Source: Protoeuglena noctilucae
Lineage: Eukaryota
Length of the DNA stretch: 64,000 nucleotides
Direction of reading: 5' to 3'
Assembly (NCBI GenBank): GCA_958009085.1
Contig: OY253668.1
Location: forward strand, 2,046,001 to 2,110,000
Shown: positions 12,260 through 25,341 of the stretch, in pieces
How the letters are laid out: each line of letters begins with the position of its first letter
How positions within the stretch are numbered: position 1 is the first letter of the stretch
The notes under the pieces: model-generated
Database searches by the model: none
What the model was told of the DNA's origin: nothing
The model's input: the letters and a program-made list of their open reading frames with translations, nothing else
Translations under genes and position numbers: made by a program

Positions 12260-13715
12260 TCACGAGGAGGGGCCGAAGAGTCCCGCGCCGAGGGCCGCGG
12301 CGAGCTGGCGGACGAGGAAGTCGACGTCGGCGGGGAGGGGCTGGGGCTGAAGGGGCTGGGGATGGGGCTGAAGGGGCTGGGGCTGGGGCTGCAGGAGGTG
12401 GGGCTGGGGCTGCAGGAGGTGGGGCTGCAGAGGAGCAACCTGCAGGGGCGCGTGGGGGGTGTCTGTGAGCCACGGTTGCTGAGCGGCAGCCAGCGGGGCC
12501 GTGGGCGCGCGGCAGCAGCCGCAGCACGCACCGGCCAGGCACTCGGCCAAGCAGCACCCGGGGCGATGGTAGCGAAGCCTTGCATCTGCGGGGCGAGCGG
12601 CCCCGGAGGGCAGGGCCAAGGCCAGCCCTGCGAACAAAGGCGGAGCGGCAGCCTCACGAGGCAGGCGGCGCACAGGGTGGCGGCGACGCAGCCCTCGCTC
12701 CTGGTCGGGCCGTCGCTGCCCCTCGCGCCCTCACCGGCGCCGCCTGCCCCGTGGCGCGGGGCCGCTCGACGTGCTTGCCGCCTCCCCTGGCGAACCGCAC
12801 GACCACCGGCCTGGCCGCTCCCGGCAGCACCACGCCATTCAGCGCGTCCACGGCGTGGGTGGCCTCGGCCACGGAAGCCATCTGCACGATGGCGGCCACG
12901 GGCACCTCCGCCGTGGACTCACGGGACAGCTGGGAGAGCAGGCGGCACGAGTGCACGCGGCCGCACGTGGCGAAGAGGCGCACGACCTCGTCCATGCCCC
13001 AGCTGCCGGGGAGGCCCTTGACGTAGACGCTGCGGCAGGGGGCGGTTGCGGTGTGCGCGGCGCCCTCCCCGCCCTCGGGGGTGCAGCGGCTGAACTCGAC
13101 CACGAGGCGGCGCCCGTCGACAGCCAGGCTGCGGGGGAGACGGGAGGGGGCGGGGTTTGGTCGGTTTGCTCAGGTGGGTCTTGCTTTGATCGGGTGGTGG
13201 TGCCGTGGTTCTCCCTCACGGGAGGGACCGCCGCGTCGCGTCTCACCCGGCCGTCTTGTCCCGCGCCAGGCACGCGTCCCGCACGCTCGCGAACTTGACG
13301 AAGCCGTGCCCGCGCGAGCGGCCCGTCCTGCGACAGCGTGCGATGTAGCACGACTCGACCGCCCCGAAGAGCCTGCGGGGCACGGGGGGGCAGCGATCGG
13401 ACGCAGCGCAAGGCAGAGGTCGCCGGGTGCGCGCCGGGCATCTCGCAGCTCCTCGACAAGCATGCAGCTAAGCCGTGGTGGCATGGGCCCTCACCTGAAC
13501 AGTGACGCCAGGTGAGGCTCGCTCCAGTCCGTTGGGACGTTGGCGACGTACAGGTTCGCATGCGCGCCGGGTTCGATCGAGCGGCACGATGACGCCGCCG
13601 ATCCGCCGGAGAGGGACAGGGTCGCCACGGAGTCCCCGTCCTTGAGGCAGGCTGGGGGCCCCGCCAGCGCCATCCACGGGTCCGATGCCGAGTTCAGGGG
13701 ATCCCACGGGTTCAT
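12260..13715 (-). CDS. RNA-binding protein with two RRM domains and a Q/P-rich C-terminus (ELAV/CELF-like)
   Basis: RNP2 motifs NLYVANVP and SVYVKGLP, plus AVDALNGVVLPGAARPVVVRFAR; C-terminal LQPQPH repeats. Confidence 0.8.
12335..12432 (-). repeat. Coding low-complexity repeat (CAGCCC-based; LQPHLLQPQP...)
   Basis: Repeated ggggctg units on the + strand, encoding a Gln/Pro tract in the RRM protein. Confidence 0.8.
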
Positions 13716-14474
13716 GGCGTTATCTGTAAGCAGGGTAAGCCGTGTACGCGCTCGATCACCGGCAAATGTGGGCGAAAGCGTGAGATGCTTCTGCGCAGCC
13801 CAGGCAGGTCGTTCGCGCGCCGGCAGGGCTTGAAGGACTTGCCTCGCCTCGAGGACAGCTCCTCAAATGTGAGCGGCGCGCTGTGTGCGGATTTAATGAC
13901 ATCATCGGCCGCATCCATGTTATTCTCTTGGCAAGGTCGGTGGCGAGAAAAACGTGGCTGCTTCCTGCGGGCGACGTCATCCGGGGTTCCTTGCCGGCCA
14001 GGCAATGTGGTGCACTAAAGGAATCCAGGGCATATGGATGAACCCCGCAGACGGTCCAGGGACAAGGAGCGGGCCTGGGGATGTCAGGCCATCTCACGCG
14101 GAATTTCGGCGTGGCGAGGGCTCCAGAGGCGGATTCTTGCCTCGCCAAGTGAGGAATTTTCAATTGAACTGCTTTCGATCGAATGGCCCTCACGAAAATT
14201 GCCTGTTTTCACTGACTTCCAAAAACCCCTCACCTGCCGCCGATTTCTCCCCGCGCCGCCTTGACCAGGGTTCGTTAATGCAGCGTATGATTGTCGCAAC
14301 CACCGAGCCCTCATCAGTCAAAGCCACGCGCGGGTTGTGATGTGTTTAACCTTGGGGCTACCCCCAAACGGAGGCTCCGAGCCGATCGAGGGACAGAGCT
14401 GGCAGGAGCGTGCGGCGTCATCCAACAACCATGCTCGCACCGACTGCAACCGCATCAGCCCCCACAACGACCTG

Positions 14475-15284
14475 TCAGTGCCCCTCCCACACCCCAGCTC
14501 CCGGCACTCCCGCCTTGGCCGGGCTCAGCTCTGCCAGCCGCCGCTCCACCTCCGCGCGCTGGGCCGACAGCTCCGCCTCCGCGCTCGCCCGCTCCTCCTG
14601 TGCGGCGGCCAGGAGCTGCAAGGGCCACAGCACGGTGTCGTGGGTCCCCACAGGACCCTGCACAGCTGGCAGCCATCGCACGCTCTCGTGGCAACCCCGC
14701 ACCTGCATCAGAATCTCCCGCTCCTTTGTCAGCGCCCCGTGCTGCGCCCGCAGCACCTCTGCGCGCGGGCCGGGCGCGTCCGCCGCCGCCAGCGCCTCGG
14801 GTGGGATGCCCTCGAGCACGCCCCGCTCGGCGCACAGGCGCTCTAAGTCCGCGAGCTTGGACGCCTGGTCGTACTCGCGGCTCAGCGCCTCAAACTCCTC
14901 CATGCACCCGCGAGCGTACTGCGGGGACGTGCGAGGGCGCCTGGGTGAGCCCCACCGGGCGCCGCAGGAGAGGCATCCTGAATGCGCAGACGGGGAGAAG
15001 GTGCCCCGAGAGCTGGCGAGCGTCGGCGCCGCCCTCGCCTGGGCCATGCTCTGCTGCAGCAGCTCCCCGACCTCCACCAGCTCCTCCTCGCTGAGCCCCG
15101 GGAAGGCCTCCACGAGGCGGTCCGCGTCCCAGTGACCGCCCTTGCGCACCGCGCGAGCGAACGTCTCACGGAGGATGCGAAAGCGCCGGCTCTCGGGGGC
15201 AGGGGCAGGAGCCTCGGGGCTTGAAGGGCCTGCCGCCTCGTCCGCCTGGCCGCGCGAGGCGGCATCGGCTTCCGCAGAAGACAT
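14475..15284 (-). CDS. Nnf1/PMF1-like kinetochore (Mis12 complex) protein
   Basis: Small helical/coiled-coil protein: [15 protein letters not shown]...FPGL...[25 protein letters not shown], then a C-terminal coiled coil. This pattern resembles the Nnf1 family. Confidence 0.6.
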   Translation of the reverse strand: MSSAEADAASRGQADEAAGPSSPEAPAPAPESRRFRILRETFARAVRKGGHWDADRLVEAFPGLSEEELVEVGELLQQSMAQARAAPTLASSRGTFSPSAHSGCLSCGARWGSPRRPRTSPQYARGCMEEFEALSREYDQASKLADLERLCAERGVLEGIPPEALAAADAPGPRAEVLRAQHGALTKEREILMQVRGCHESVRWLPAVQGPVGTHDTVLWPLQLLAAAQEERASAEAELSAQRAEVERRLAELSPAKAGVPGAGVWEGH

Positions 15285-15354
15285 GGGAACTGCCAGGCGA
15301 CCCGCGGGGCGTGGGCGCCTCGGTCGGGCGAGGGGAAGGCTGATGCGTCGACGT

Positions 15355-15826
15355 CTACAAGAAGAGCGTGGACAGACCCATAACGATGCAGCCGAGCGCC
15401 ACCCACTGCGCGACACGAGAGAGAGTGTGGAATAGGACATGCGCAACGGCCGGGAGGCGGCGGGGCGTCGGAGGGACGAAGCAACGGCCGGTGTTGAATT
15501 CGGACCGGAGCGCGGCGCTCGCGAGCGAGGGCCACGCGGGGCTCGGAACGCGCTTGCCTCCGACTTCCTCTCCCCAATCCTCGCCGCCTTCCAGATGATT
15601 CCGGTGAACCCGTCGCCTCGCTGGATGATGGTGGGGAAACGCAGCTTGAGGTACGTGCTTGTGCAGATGAGGAGCAGGACGACTGCGGAAACCCAGACGA
15701 GTGACACCTTGAGCGAACGCACTGGCCTCGCGCGTCGAGGACGGCTCGCGCACGACGCCAGCGTCCTGGCCATCCATGGCCGCGCTCGCCTTGCAAGAAG
15801 GATTTGAAATTGAACAGCGCCGACAT
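15355..15826 (-). CDS. TMEM167: Protein kish (TMEM167/Ksh1), 3 exons
   Basis: [25 protein letters not shown]...[34 protein letters not shown]; both introns are GC-AG. Confidence 0.95.
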
Positions 15827-16236
15827 TATCGCCTCCGCAGGCGCAAGCGAGGCTCTCCGACTCGGCGCCCTAGCTGCGATCCGAGCGCGGAGGGGCTGCG
15901 ATAGGCGTGCAGCAGGGGGACTGCGGGCCAAGCAGTTCTAGATGCGCCAAGCAAGCGGCTTGACCCGTGGTCGAGAGGGAGGACAGCGAGCTTGCTGCGC
16001 AGTCGCGTGAGGGGGGCAAACCTTTCGCGTCTTGGAAGCTGTGGCTACTGACGGCGCAACAGAAAGTGGGTCGTTGGAGAAGGGGGTCGCACCGGCATGT
16101 AAGGGACGCATGCGAACAATTCGCGTCCCCTGCAAGTGGCGGCGACCACTTCCATCGTGCGCCTCCATGTTGCGCGAGAGCGCGATTGCTCCAGACACGC
16201 CCGCATTGGTCGCCGGTTCGCAGGTCGCGGCATCCC

Positions 16237-17466
16237 ATGAGCGAGGACAATAAGCAGGCGGTGTCGCTGTACCCGCCACCCCCCGCGCTGTACAAGGCGC
16301 GGGCTGCATCGCTAGCTCCTAGCGTCGCACTGCACCCTTCGCCAGCAGAGAAGGAGAGCCTTTCCATCGTTCCCTGGCGCGCAGTTGTATGGTCCCAGAG
16401 ATGCGCGAGATACGGGGGCCGCGGCGGGACCTTCGGGCCGCCCCTTGGCCCCGCCTCGCCCTCCCAAGATACCCCCGCCGGGCCAGCCCCTGCTGCAATT
16501 CGGGCGAGTCGCTTTCGGCTGCCGCCCACGGGCCTGGAGGCGAGCAGGTAGCGTGGATGTCGTCTCAGCATCTTCCTCCGATGCATGCCGTGCCTGCAGG
16601 GTGCCCCAGGGCCACGACCCGATGCTCCCCACGGATCAGATGGACGTGCACCTGGGCGTCCGGAAGGCCTTTCGGGAAGACCCCAAGACGCTGCGGGGCA
16701 TCAAGGCAGGACTGGAGGCGCTCAGGCGAGGCATGACACCGGGGCGGTGCGTCGAGCAATCGCGTGTGCCATCACTGAGCGACGTGGGACCCAAGCCTTT
16801 TAGCCCCGCAGCTCCGAGCTCCTGCTGGCCCTCATGGAGCTCCTCGACACGTCGATATGGCGCCCTGGGGAGCTCGGGGGCAGGGACCCAGTGGCAGTGT
16901 GGGGTCGGGACCTGCCGGAGGTGCGCACATATCATCTGGGAGCTCTGCTGTGACATGTGCCGACTTGCGGGAATGCTAGGATTGGATTGGTACTCGCAGG
17001 CGCTGAAGGACGTGGACGCGGTGGCCAAAAACATTATCCATTTGACCAACCTGGCCCGGCGTCACCAGGCAAGTGGGCCCCTGTTGATGTGGACCCGACG
17101 CCTGTCAGCCCTGCCTTTCGCCTGATGCGGCTACGCTCGGGTAGGTGGTTGCGTTGCGCCGCGCGCTCGATGCACACACTCGTGGAACGACTGGCTCTGC
17201 ACGCTGTCCTGGCACCCTGGCCTCGCGTAACGCGGCCCTGTTTGCGACCATCACCTCAGGCTCAGCTGGAGCTCCGGGGCGAGCTGGAGGCGGAGGCTGA
17301 GGAGCTGCGGGCGCTGCTTGGCCAGGTGCGGGAGGGGAGGGCCGCGGCAGACGCAGCGAGGGAGAGGGCGGCAGGGGCCGTGGCGGCCGTGATGGGGTCT
17401 CCTTTAGGAGTTGCGGTCGGCGGGGCGGTGGGCACGGGGAGCGACGGGGGACCCGAGGAAACATGA
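16237..17466 (+). CDS. MED7: Mediator subunit 7
   Basis: SLYPPPPALYK, PLAPPRPP..LQFG, KNIIHLTNLARRHQ|AQLELR (MED7 N-x-x-HL-x-N-x-x-R-x-HQA motif). Confidence 0.88.
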
Positions 17467-17509
17467 TTGCATGCTTTGAACGCAAAACATGATTGCATGC
17501 TTTGAACGC
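17459..17509. repeat. Perfect tandem duplication of 25 bp (period 26) overlapping the MED7 stop codon
   Basis: aaacatgattgcatgctttgaacgc occurs at 17459-17483 and 17485-17509. Confidence 0.9.
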
Positions 17510-17595
17510 GTTCACATCCCTAACCATCCCTGAGGGTGTCTGTGGATGTCGCCATGCCAATGCGCGTGCTTAGGTCTGCTCAGACGCCGCGTGCG

Positions 17596-18531
17596 TCACT
17601 TGGGGAGAGAGTTGACCGACTTGCCGCACCGCTCCACCATGATTTGGTACAGCTGCTCGCCGTTGAAGATGACCTGCGGGGGATGGGGTGTCGGAGAGGG
17701 CATGGGGCCTCGTGTCGCTCCCATAGGTCCGTGCCACCCGGCCCTGAGACGCGAGCCTTTTTGGCATCTCTGCGCAGCTCAAGTCACCGGGAAGAAGTGG
17801 ATTTGTCCCTCGGGCTTGGTCTGGGTCTCCTTGAAGTAGACGAGGACCGGGAAGCCAGGCCACCACAGCTCCCAGTTGACGAACGAGCGGTAGGGCCATC
17901 GATTGCGCCCGCCCACGAAGGCGTTCTGCGATAATGGGAGAGGCTCGCGTGAGTGACAGAGAGGTCCACTCACGTGCAGCTGGTAGGACCAGGCATGTCT
18001 CCCCGTGCTTGCGGCCCCAGCCCTCGCCTCGGTCTCTTCGGCCGACCCCTTCACCAGCACCTCCAGCGCCTCTTTGTCGAACACGAACTGCACTCGAGAG
18101 GCCTGGATGGCCAGGAACACGCCGAGGAGACCGAAGGTGCCCGCGAGAGCGTAACTGCGCTCGCGAGAGGCCAACAACGTCGAGCGCGCTCGTGACGAGC
18201 CTGCACACCTCGTTTGTGCGCACCATCCACGCTCACCTGTGCGCGGCGAAAGAGCCCGCTCCGATTGCCAGCAAAGCGCCAGGCAGCTTGTAGTCCGCAT
18301 CCGGGATGACGACGTCCTTGGCCTTGGAAGCCCGAGCCCGGCACACCAGCGCGCGTGGAGTCCCTGGCCTCGCCCTGATGGGCGCGATGCTACCTGCAGT
18401 GACGAATAGAATGATTGCAGTCAAGGCGGAGCGCCCGAACACATCCAGCGCTCGCTCAGGGCGGAAATGCACGACCGCCAAGGCACACCGGCACACCCCA
18501 AGCCCGCCCGGGCAACCGCCATCGCAGCCAT
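17596..18531 (-). CDS. DUF3119 family plastid membrane protein
   Basis: LLGVFLAIQASRVQFVFDKEALEV, NAFVGGRNRWPYRSFVNWELWWPGFPVLVYFKETQTKPEGQIHFFP, IFNGEQLYQIMVERCG. Confidence 0.9.
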
Positions 18532-18789
18532 CGCGTCTTGTTATGATGCTTTCGCGGCGACCGCGGGATGTCGGATCAGATCCCGGGGAAGGCGCGCAAA
18601 AGAGTCGGTTGACGCTGGACGCTGGTGCCAGACGCCTGCGGCACGTCACCTGGGCGAGCAAGTGAAGACTAGCGATCAAAGAATCTTCGCAAGTCCGTAG
18701 CAGTAGCTACTCGTTGCGCTGGATCCCGCACATCTGAGAGAAAAGTCAGGGAACAAAGCTTCCTCGGTATTCTTCAGCGAAGAGCAGGG

Positions 18790-20371
18790 ATGCAGGGCTG
18801 TGTCAGGGTCCCCGTTGTGCCGGGAGTGGCGGTGGGGGTGGCTGTGGCGAGGTATGCGCGCTCGATGCTTGTGCAGATTTATCGGCCAGCAACCTTGCCG
18901 AAAAGCGCCCAATTCTTTGTTACGCTATCGCCATGCAATAACACTTGTGCTTCCTCGCCCCAGAGCCCGGCCAAATCATGCAAGGATAGCGCTGCGGCCG
19001 GCCTGGCGGGCGCGCACCGGTGAGCGCCGGCCGCTCGATGCTACGCTTACGATTCTCGCGTTCATCCCAGTCGATGGAGAGTATTGGACCCTGTCTCTTC
19101 CCACCGCAGCGCCGAGGGTGAGGGCTGAGCCGACGAACGCGGGCCTGGAGGAGACGGCGGCTATGGACGCGCTGATCGACCGGATGGCGGCGGCGAAGGG
19201 CCAGGACGAGCTCGCGAAGATCGTCGGAGAGAACATTTTGAGGTGCCGGTCGCCGCCAGGGGTGCCGGCTGCCACCAGAGGCGCAACCGCCCCGTGCTTT
19301 GTGCCCCGCGCTTGCCGTGGAGCCTCACGGGCCTGCATTTGGGATGTTCCCTAGCCTGCCCGCCTCCGCCTCTCCCTCAGCTTCGACCAGCGCATGTGGA
19401 TGCGCTTCGCCATCCGCGCCGATTCGTGTTCCAGCGACAAGGACAAGCAGCGCCTGGCCGACCTGTCCCGCGCGTGCATGCTGCTGGTGGAGGCGATGGT
19501 CACTGCGGCCGAGTCGCGCATGCAGAGCGGGACGAAGGTGTTGCAGGAGATCCTCGTGGCTGCCGCGGACGAGCGCGGCGAGTGGCAGCTCCCGCTGCGC
19601 AAGCCCCAGGTGGAGGCGATGCGCCAGGCGGTCGAGGCGCGGGCGTCCCACATCAACGAGGAGCTCCTTGCCTCCGCCTACGCGTCCATGCGCAAGGCGA
19701 GTTAGGCGAAACGAACGTGATAGAGCCTGAGCCACCCACGCTTGCACCCTTAGCTCTCGTCGTGTGCCTGCATCCACGCACCTGCTATGGTATGCTCCAA
19801 CGCAGTCACCCGCCCTGTCCCCCCCTCGTGTCCCCCAGGCCACGGACGATAACATGGCCGGGGTGGTGACCCTGGTGCAGTGCTTCCTGCAAATCTACGC
19901 GGGGCGGGAGCTGAGCCGGGTGGACGCGGGGGGGGACGCCACCGAGGCGTTCCTCAACAAGGTGGGAGTGGCATGAGCGTTGTGGTTGCATTGTGGGGCA
20001 TGACTGAGTCAGGATCGCATGATGGGCCTCGCCCACGCCCGCCTCTACACATGCGCATGCGCCGCTTGTGAGCTGACAGCTGCCCTGCTTGAATCCCCCA
20101 CCCTGTGGGGTGCCTCCCTGACACCACTCCATCGGTCTCTCGCCGTCCCCAGGCCCTTCAGTCGCCCGAGTCCGAGTGGATGTCCCTGATCAAGACCGCG
20201 GCCGAGTCGGGGGACGTGTCGGAGGTGTCTGTGATGGAGTCGGTGCAGAGGCGCATGGAGGGCACGGTGCTCAACCTGCCCTCGGGGAGCTACGCCCAGC
20301 GAGTGCAGGCGGAGTTCCTGAAGGAATTTGAGGGGAGGGCCAAGGAGGCGTTCCGAGAGTTGGTGCGGTAG
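18790..20371 (+). CDS. PRDA1: PRDA1-like plastid protein (PEP-related development arrested 1)
   Basis: ELAKIVGENILSFDQRMWMRFAIRADSC, FLQIYAGREL, RRMEGTVLNLPSGSYAQRVQAEFLKEFEGRAKE, resembling plant PRDA1 motifs; transit-peptide-like first exon. Confidence 0.75.
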
Positions 20372-20621
20372 ATGAAAGGGGACGGGCCAGGGCGTGCCAC
20401 CCCCGTTTCGCCACTGCTGGCGCCGCTTTAACCGCAGGCCGGCGTGAGAGCCACGGGCCGAGCGCAGCAGCAGCCAGCCCGGCTGATCACACCGGGTCGA
20501 GCTGGCAAGGGAATGCCCGTCAAAAAGCGCGCAGAGAAGGCTGGCTTGGGTGTTGAGTGAGACTGCGCTCCCCGCCGCCCTCAAGGGACGGGGCCTGCTG
20601 CACATGCACAGACGCCCACGG

Positions 20622-22806
20622 CTACTTGGCAGACCCACGCCTGGCATCGCCGGCATCGCCCTCCGTGGCGCTCACCACAGCACGGAGCTCCTGCAGCTCC
20701 TCCGGTCTCGTTTGCTTCACGTCAGGCCCCTCCTCGCCCGCTCCCACGTCCCCGCCGATCGGCAGTGTGACGTCGCCCCCGCCCTTGACGCTCCCGTCCC
20801 CCCTCTCCGTGTCGCACATCTCCCGCACCTCCTCGGCCCTCCGCATCGCCTCCACCTCCTTCTCGTCCTGCGCAAACAGGCGAGACACCATGGGGCTGCA
20901 TGTCACATGGCTTGAGTGAGTGCTGCTGAGTGCCCGCTCGGGTGAGGCAGAAGCAGAGCCCTTGCTCGCCTGGCCCAGCCACCACGCCACGACGGCCGAG
21001 TCGATGAGCAGCTGTGCGACATACGCCACGGTGGGGGGGATGGCCATGAGGCCGTGGTTGCCCAGCTCCTTGGGAAGGAAAGACATCACCGTGAGGGCGA
21101 CCGGGAGCGCCTTTTGCGACGGCAGGATGACGCAGCAGCGGAAGTCCCTCTGCGGATGGGATCGCAGGCACGTGGCCACAGCTGGACGCGTCGCTGGGTT
21201 ACGCCAAGACAGGGCTGTCATGACCCCAGCGTGACGACTCCCCGAGACTTGCAGCGTCTTGCAGCTAACGTTGACTGCAGGCATGTCCCACGCCAGTCCT
21301 CGCTTACGAAACTGCCCCTGCGCACCTTGCTGAATCGGAAGAGGAGGGACAGGCTCCAGTTGTGCACGAGGAAGACGAGGTGGAGGGCGACCATGACGAA
21401 GGCAGCAATGACGACCTTGTTAGCGGGGGTGGCAAGGAACTTGCGTTGCGCCTGCGGTGTGTGGAGTACAGGGTGGGGATCTGCACTGCAGCAAAGCAGT
21501 CAACACTCGTGGCAGAGCGGGGCGCAAACGGTGGGCATGGTTGCAGCACAGCAGCATCGATCAGGCAAGGAGCGGCACCGGCAACAGGGGCGTCGCGCCG
21601 CGTCACTCACCGCAGAGACGCTCATCCAGACGATGCAGATAAGAAAAGCGTTGACGGCGATCCCCACCGACACCCTGTTGGCGTCGACGGCCCTCTGGAT
21701 GGGCGGGACCAGGTCGCGCAGAACCTTGCCGATGACGCAGGGCGTGAGGACGACGACGGCGAGCTTGACGAGGAGGTGGACCGGGTTTAACTTGGCGTTC
21801 ACACCGAGGCCGGCGGACTGCAGCACAGCCTGGAAGAGGAAGGGCGTGGTGCCGACGCCGAGGATGTTGGTGCCAGCAGTCAGAAGAAGCGCCAATGCGC
21901 TGTTGCCGTTGGCCTGGGTGACGAGGGTGACGCCCATGGTGAGGGTCGTGGGCACCACGCAGAAGAGGGCCGCGCCGATGCGGAACTCGTCGGGGGTGAG
22001 CGGCACGCGGATCATGATGAAGCCGTAGAGGCCGGTGATGCCCAGGATGGACACCGTGCAGTAGAGTAGAGACTGCGGGGTGGCGACGCAGCGATGGGTG
22101 GGCCGGCAGGGCGGGGACTGCGGTGCCGCCAGGGCTACAGCGCAGGGTGCATGGGCGACGCACCGGCCATCCGCGGCGGAGGGAGTCTCGAACCTCGTCG
22201 GTTTGCAGAGACATGCCTTGCTGTGCGGAAGGGGGCACGGGAGGGGGCGCGTGAGCCGCGACAGGCGACGAGCGAGGCTGCGGCTGCTCGCCTGCGAAGA
22301 CCTACCAGGAAGAAGATCAGAGAGATGAGAAGCGTCGAGAGGACGTCCCACCCATCGCTGCGGCGATGATAGAGGTACGAGCCGGGCGCAGGCCTGCGGC
22401 GACGAGAGGGCAGCGCGCTCTCAGCCGCTTTCGTTGACGGGGGTCCTGGGTGAGTGCGACGCGAATCCGCCAGCAAACGCCCCGCTAGGCACGCGAAGTC
22501 TCATACTTAGATCACTTCTACGCATTGGCATGGCGAGCGGGGCGCGAAAGCGGAGGTCCGCGCGCAGGTGGCACAGCGACCTGTGGGCAGTGCTGCTGCG
22601 CGCGGACGGCCATTTTCTCACCACACGAGCCCCCATATGAGCGCCACGATGATTCCGATAGGCAGGAAGTGTTTGATGAGCTTCGCCTTCCACCACCAGC
22701 CGCTCCGCACATCACGCCATGCAGGCAACAGGCATTGTGCTTTCATTCTACGCTCCCTGGTCTTGGACGCTGCCTTGGCTCGAAGAGGGTACTCTCTAGT
22801 ATACAT
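20622..22806 (-). CDS. Sodium/bile-acid symporter family (BASS4 / SBF-like) transporter, copy A
   Basis: KHFLPIGIIVALIWGLVW, IFFL, GAALFCVVPTTLTMGVTLVTQANGNSALAL, VILPSQKALPVA, multiple TM helices. Confidence 0.9.
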
Positions 22807-23210
22807 CTTCTGGATTAGATTACAAACTTCTCGACGATCTCAGTTCTGATTCACCAAAACAGACATCTGGCAGCCCAGCTCCTTCGAGTTATCACCCGGG
22901 GATGCACCTTCAGCATGCATTCCCGCCTCCTCGCCCTCATGGGGTTCCGGACTTGGGCGCCATTGCGAGGCTGGCTCCCAACATCCACATTCGGCATTCT
23001 AAGCCATCTAATCTACTACTTCATGGCCTCCACAGTTGCATTTGGATGCTGTCGACGTGTAGATGGCCAACCGCTGGGGAGGCACGGCTTTGCACGCCCG
23101 CTGAGAGCACGCTCCGGCCGTGCATCCCTGCCCGGCCTCTCTGGCTGATCCGTTCGCCATCTTCGCGCGTCTTCAATGCTCACTCGAAACGATGCTGCCG
23201 CCGTGTGACG

Positions 23211-24804
23211 ATGGCGACGAGATCGGCAGCTCCTGGGCGGTCAGGGGGTCCCGAAGCCGTCGTGTTCGGGCTGGGCTACACAGGGACGGCCGTCGCGAGC
23301 TACCTCGCGCAGCATGGGTGGAGCGTCACGGGGTGAGAAAGTCACCGGCGGAGTGCAGGAACGAAGGCTCTCGGCCATCGGAAATGGGCCCCACGCGAAT
23401 GCATGCAGGACAATGCGGGACGGCTCTAAGGCCGGGAAGTTGCCCAGTGGGGTCCAATCGGTGCTTTTCGATAGCAACAAAAGCCAAGCAATGGATTCAG
23501 AGCTCATAAGCCGGCTAGCGACGGCTCGGTGCGTGGTGTCCACCGTGCCCCCTGGGGACGGGGATGCGTCGCAAGAGGGCAGCGTGTGGAGAGACCCGGT
23601 CGTCCAGAGCATCGACGCAGCTGCCCGGTCAGAGTCCCGAGTATTGCAAGGTGCCTTTCTTATCATCTGGTCACCCGTCCATCACCCGCGCAGGCCTTTC
23701 CCCAAGTGACATTTGTGGCTGGCTTACCCGAACTAGCTGGCCCTTTCTCGGGTGCAGAGGGGGCCCTGCTGGTGTACCTGAGCTCCACGGGAGTCTACGG
23801 CGACCACGAGGGCGCGTGGGTGACGGAGGACAGCCCGTGCTTGGCAAAGGACGACAAGGTGAGGCGATGACACGCCATGTGCCTTGCTGCCAGGGTGGCA
23901 CAGAGTACTCCTACCATGGGTGTTATGAACATGCTGTGTGAAAGGTCCCTGCCGTCGCTCTCGTGTGACGGAAAGGTCACCTCAGGTGCCTGCGTTGGGG
24001 CGCCCTCGCAGGCATTGGCCCGACTGCGGTGCGAGGCGGATTGGCTGAGGCTGGGCCGGGAGCAAGGGGCGCGCGCGCTGGTGCTGCGGCTGGGGGGCAT
24101 CTACGGCCCCGGGCGCAGTGCATTGGACACAGCGCAGGCATCAGCAGACAGAGGCGATCGACCAGGTGCGCACACGGAGACGCGACACCCTATGCGGGCG
24201 GTCGACCCTCTCGGCACCTCTCATGTCGCCGACTCAGCCCTTCCTCCTAGACTTGATGATACTCATTACGATTCGTGACCCACATCCTGTCCCCACATGC
24301 TCGCCCCTTGCAGGTGATGGGGTCCCCACGGCGTCCGCCAGCCCCGCCGTGGCCCCAGGCACCCGCCAGCGTCGACTTAGCCAGCGATACACGGCCCGGG
24401 TGCACGTGGGGGACGTGAGCCGCACGGTATTGGTGGCCGCGAGCGACGGGGGGTGCGAGGGGATTGTGAACGTGGTGGACTGCGACCCCACGTCACACAA
24501 GGACGTCGTGGCTTATGCCAGGCGCATGCTGGGGATGGCGGGCGACGATGCCGGCGACGTGGCTGTGGGTGAGAGGGGCGGTGACCCGGGGTGCACGTCA
24601 CAGCATAACGTTGTAGGGGAGGGCGCTGAGCATGGACCTGGGAGGGGCGACGTCCCAGCGGTGCGTCCGCGCGGGGAGAAGCGCGTCAGCAACGCGGCGC
24701 TGCTGCGCCTGCTGGCCGCGCACGGCGGCCTGCAGTACCCCACGTACCGGGAAGGCCTTAAAGCCATTCTCAGAGGAGAGTCGTTCCCCTTTGGTGCCTT
24801 GTAA
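23211..24804 (+). CDS. NAD-dependent epimerase/dehydratase, atypical SDR (YeeZ-like); 5' end possibly further upstream
   Basis: VFGLGYTG, STVPP, YLSSTGVYGDHEGAWVTEDS, LRLGGIYGPGRSA, TARVHVGD, EKRVSN, YPTYREGL. Confidence 0.92.
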
Positions 24805-25341
24805 GCGCATGACAGATGATAGGTAGCAACGTCGATCGATGACTGCCGCGCAACACGATGCCTCCGTTCAACAGCTATTTTCCGCATGCACGACCACACG
24901 CAGTCGAGCTAGGCTAAAGGATTGCGAATCAGTCAATCGCGGCGGGGCCGTCCCGTGCCTCCCCTTAGCCTGGGATCGCGACGGGCAGGCGCGTCCCCGG
25001 GCGGCGTGCCCTGGGAACCGAGGCATGCGCCCCCTAGTCTGCTCTCATGTCATGCGACCGCCTCGTGGGTCGACCACGCTGCGCTGGGAAAGGACCGCCC
25101 GCGGCTCCTCTGCTATATCTCGGAGCGGCGCGGGCACTACCGGTCGATGGAAACGACGACGCCCGAATCCTCTGCACAAAGCCACGGCCGACGCGCCTTG
25201 CCGATGCACGGGGCGGCCGCGCAAGCAGCGCCGGCGTTGTGGCGAATATTGGTCCCGCGCGTGCCTGACAAGCACGCCACGCACGGCGCGGGGAGGAAAG
25301 GGCGGGGCGGGGGCGTGGGGCGTGGCTGGGGCTGCCCGCGG

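Noticed and set aside
11915..13021. 368-aa plus-strand ORF with GLGLKGLG repeats
   Set aside because: Antisense shadow of the RRM gene's Q/P-coding repeat.
14475..15773. 432-aa ORF apparently fusing kish and Nnf1-like sequence
   Set aside because: It reads through introns by chance; spliced kish ends at its own conserved C-terminus and stop at 15355.
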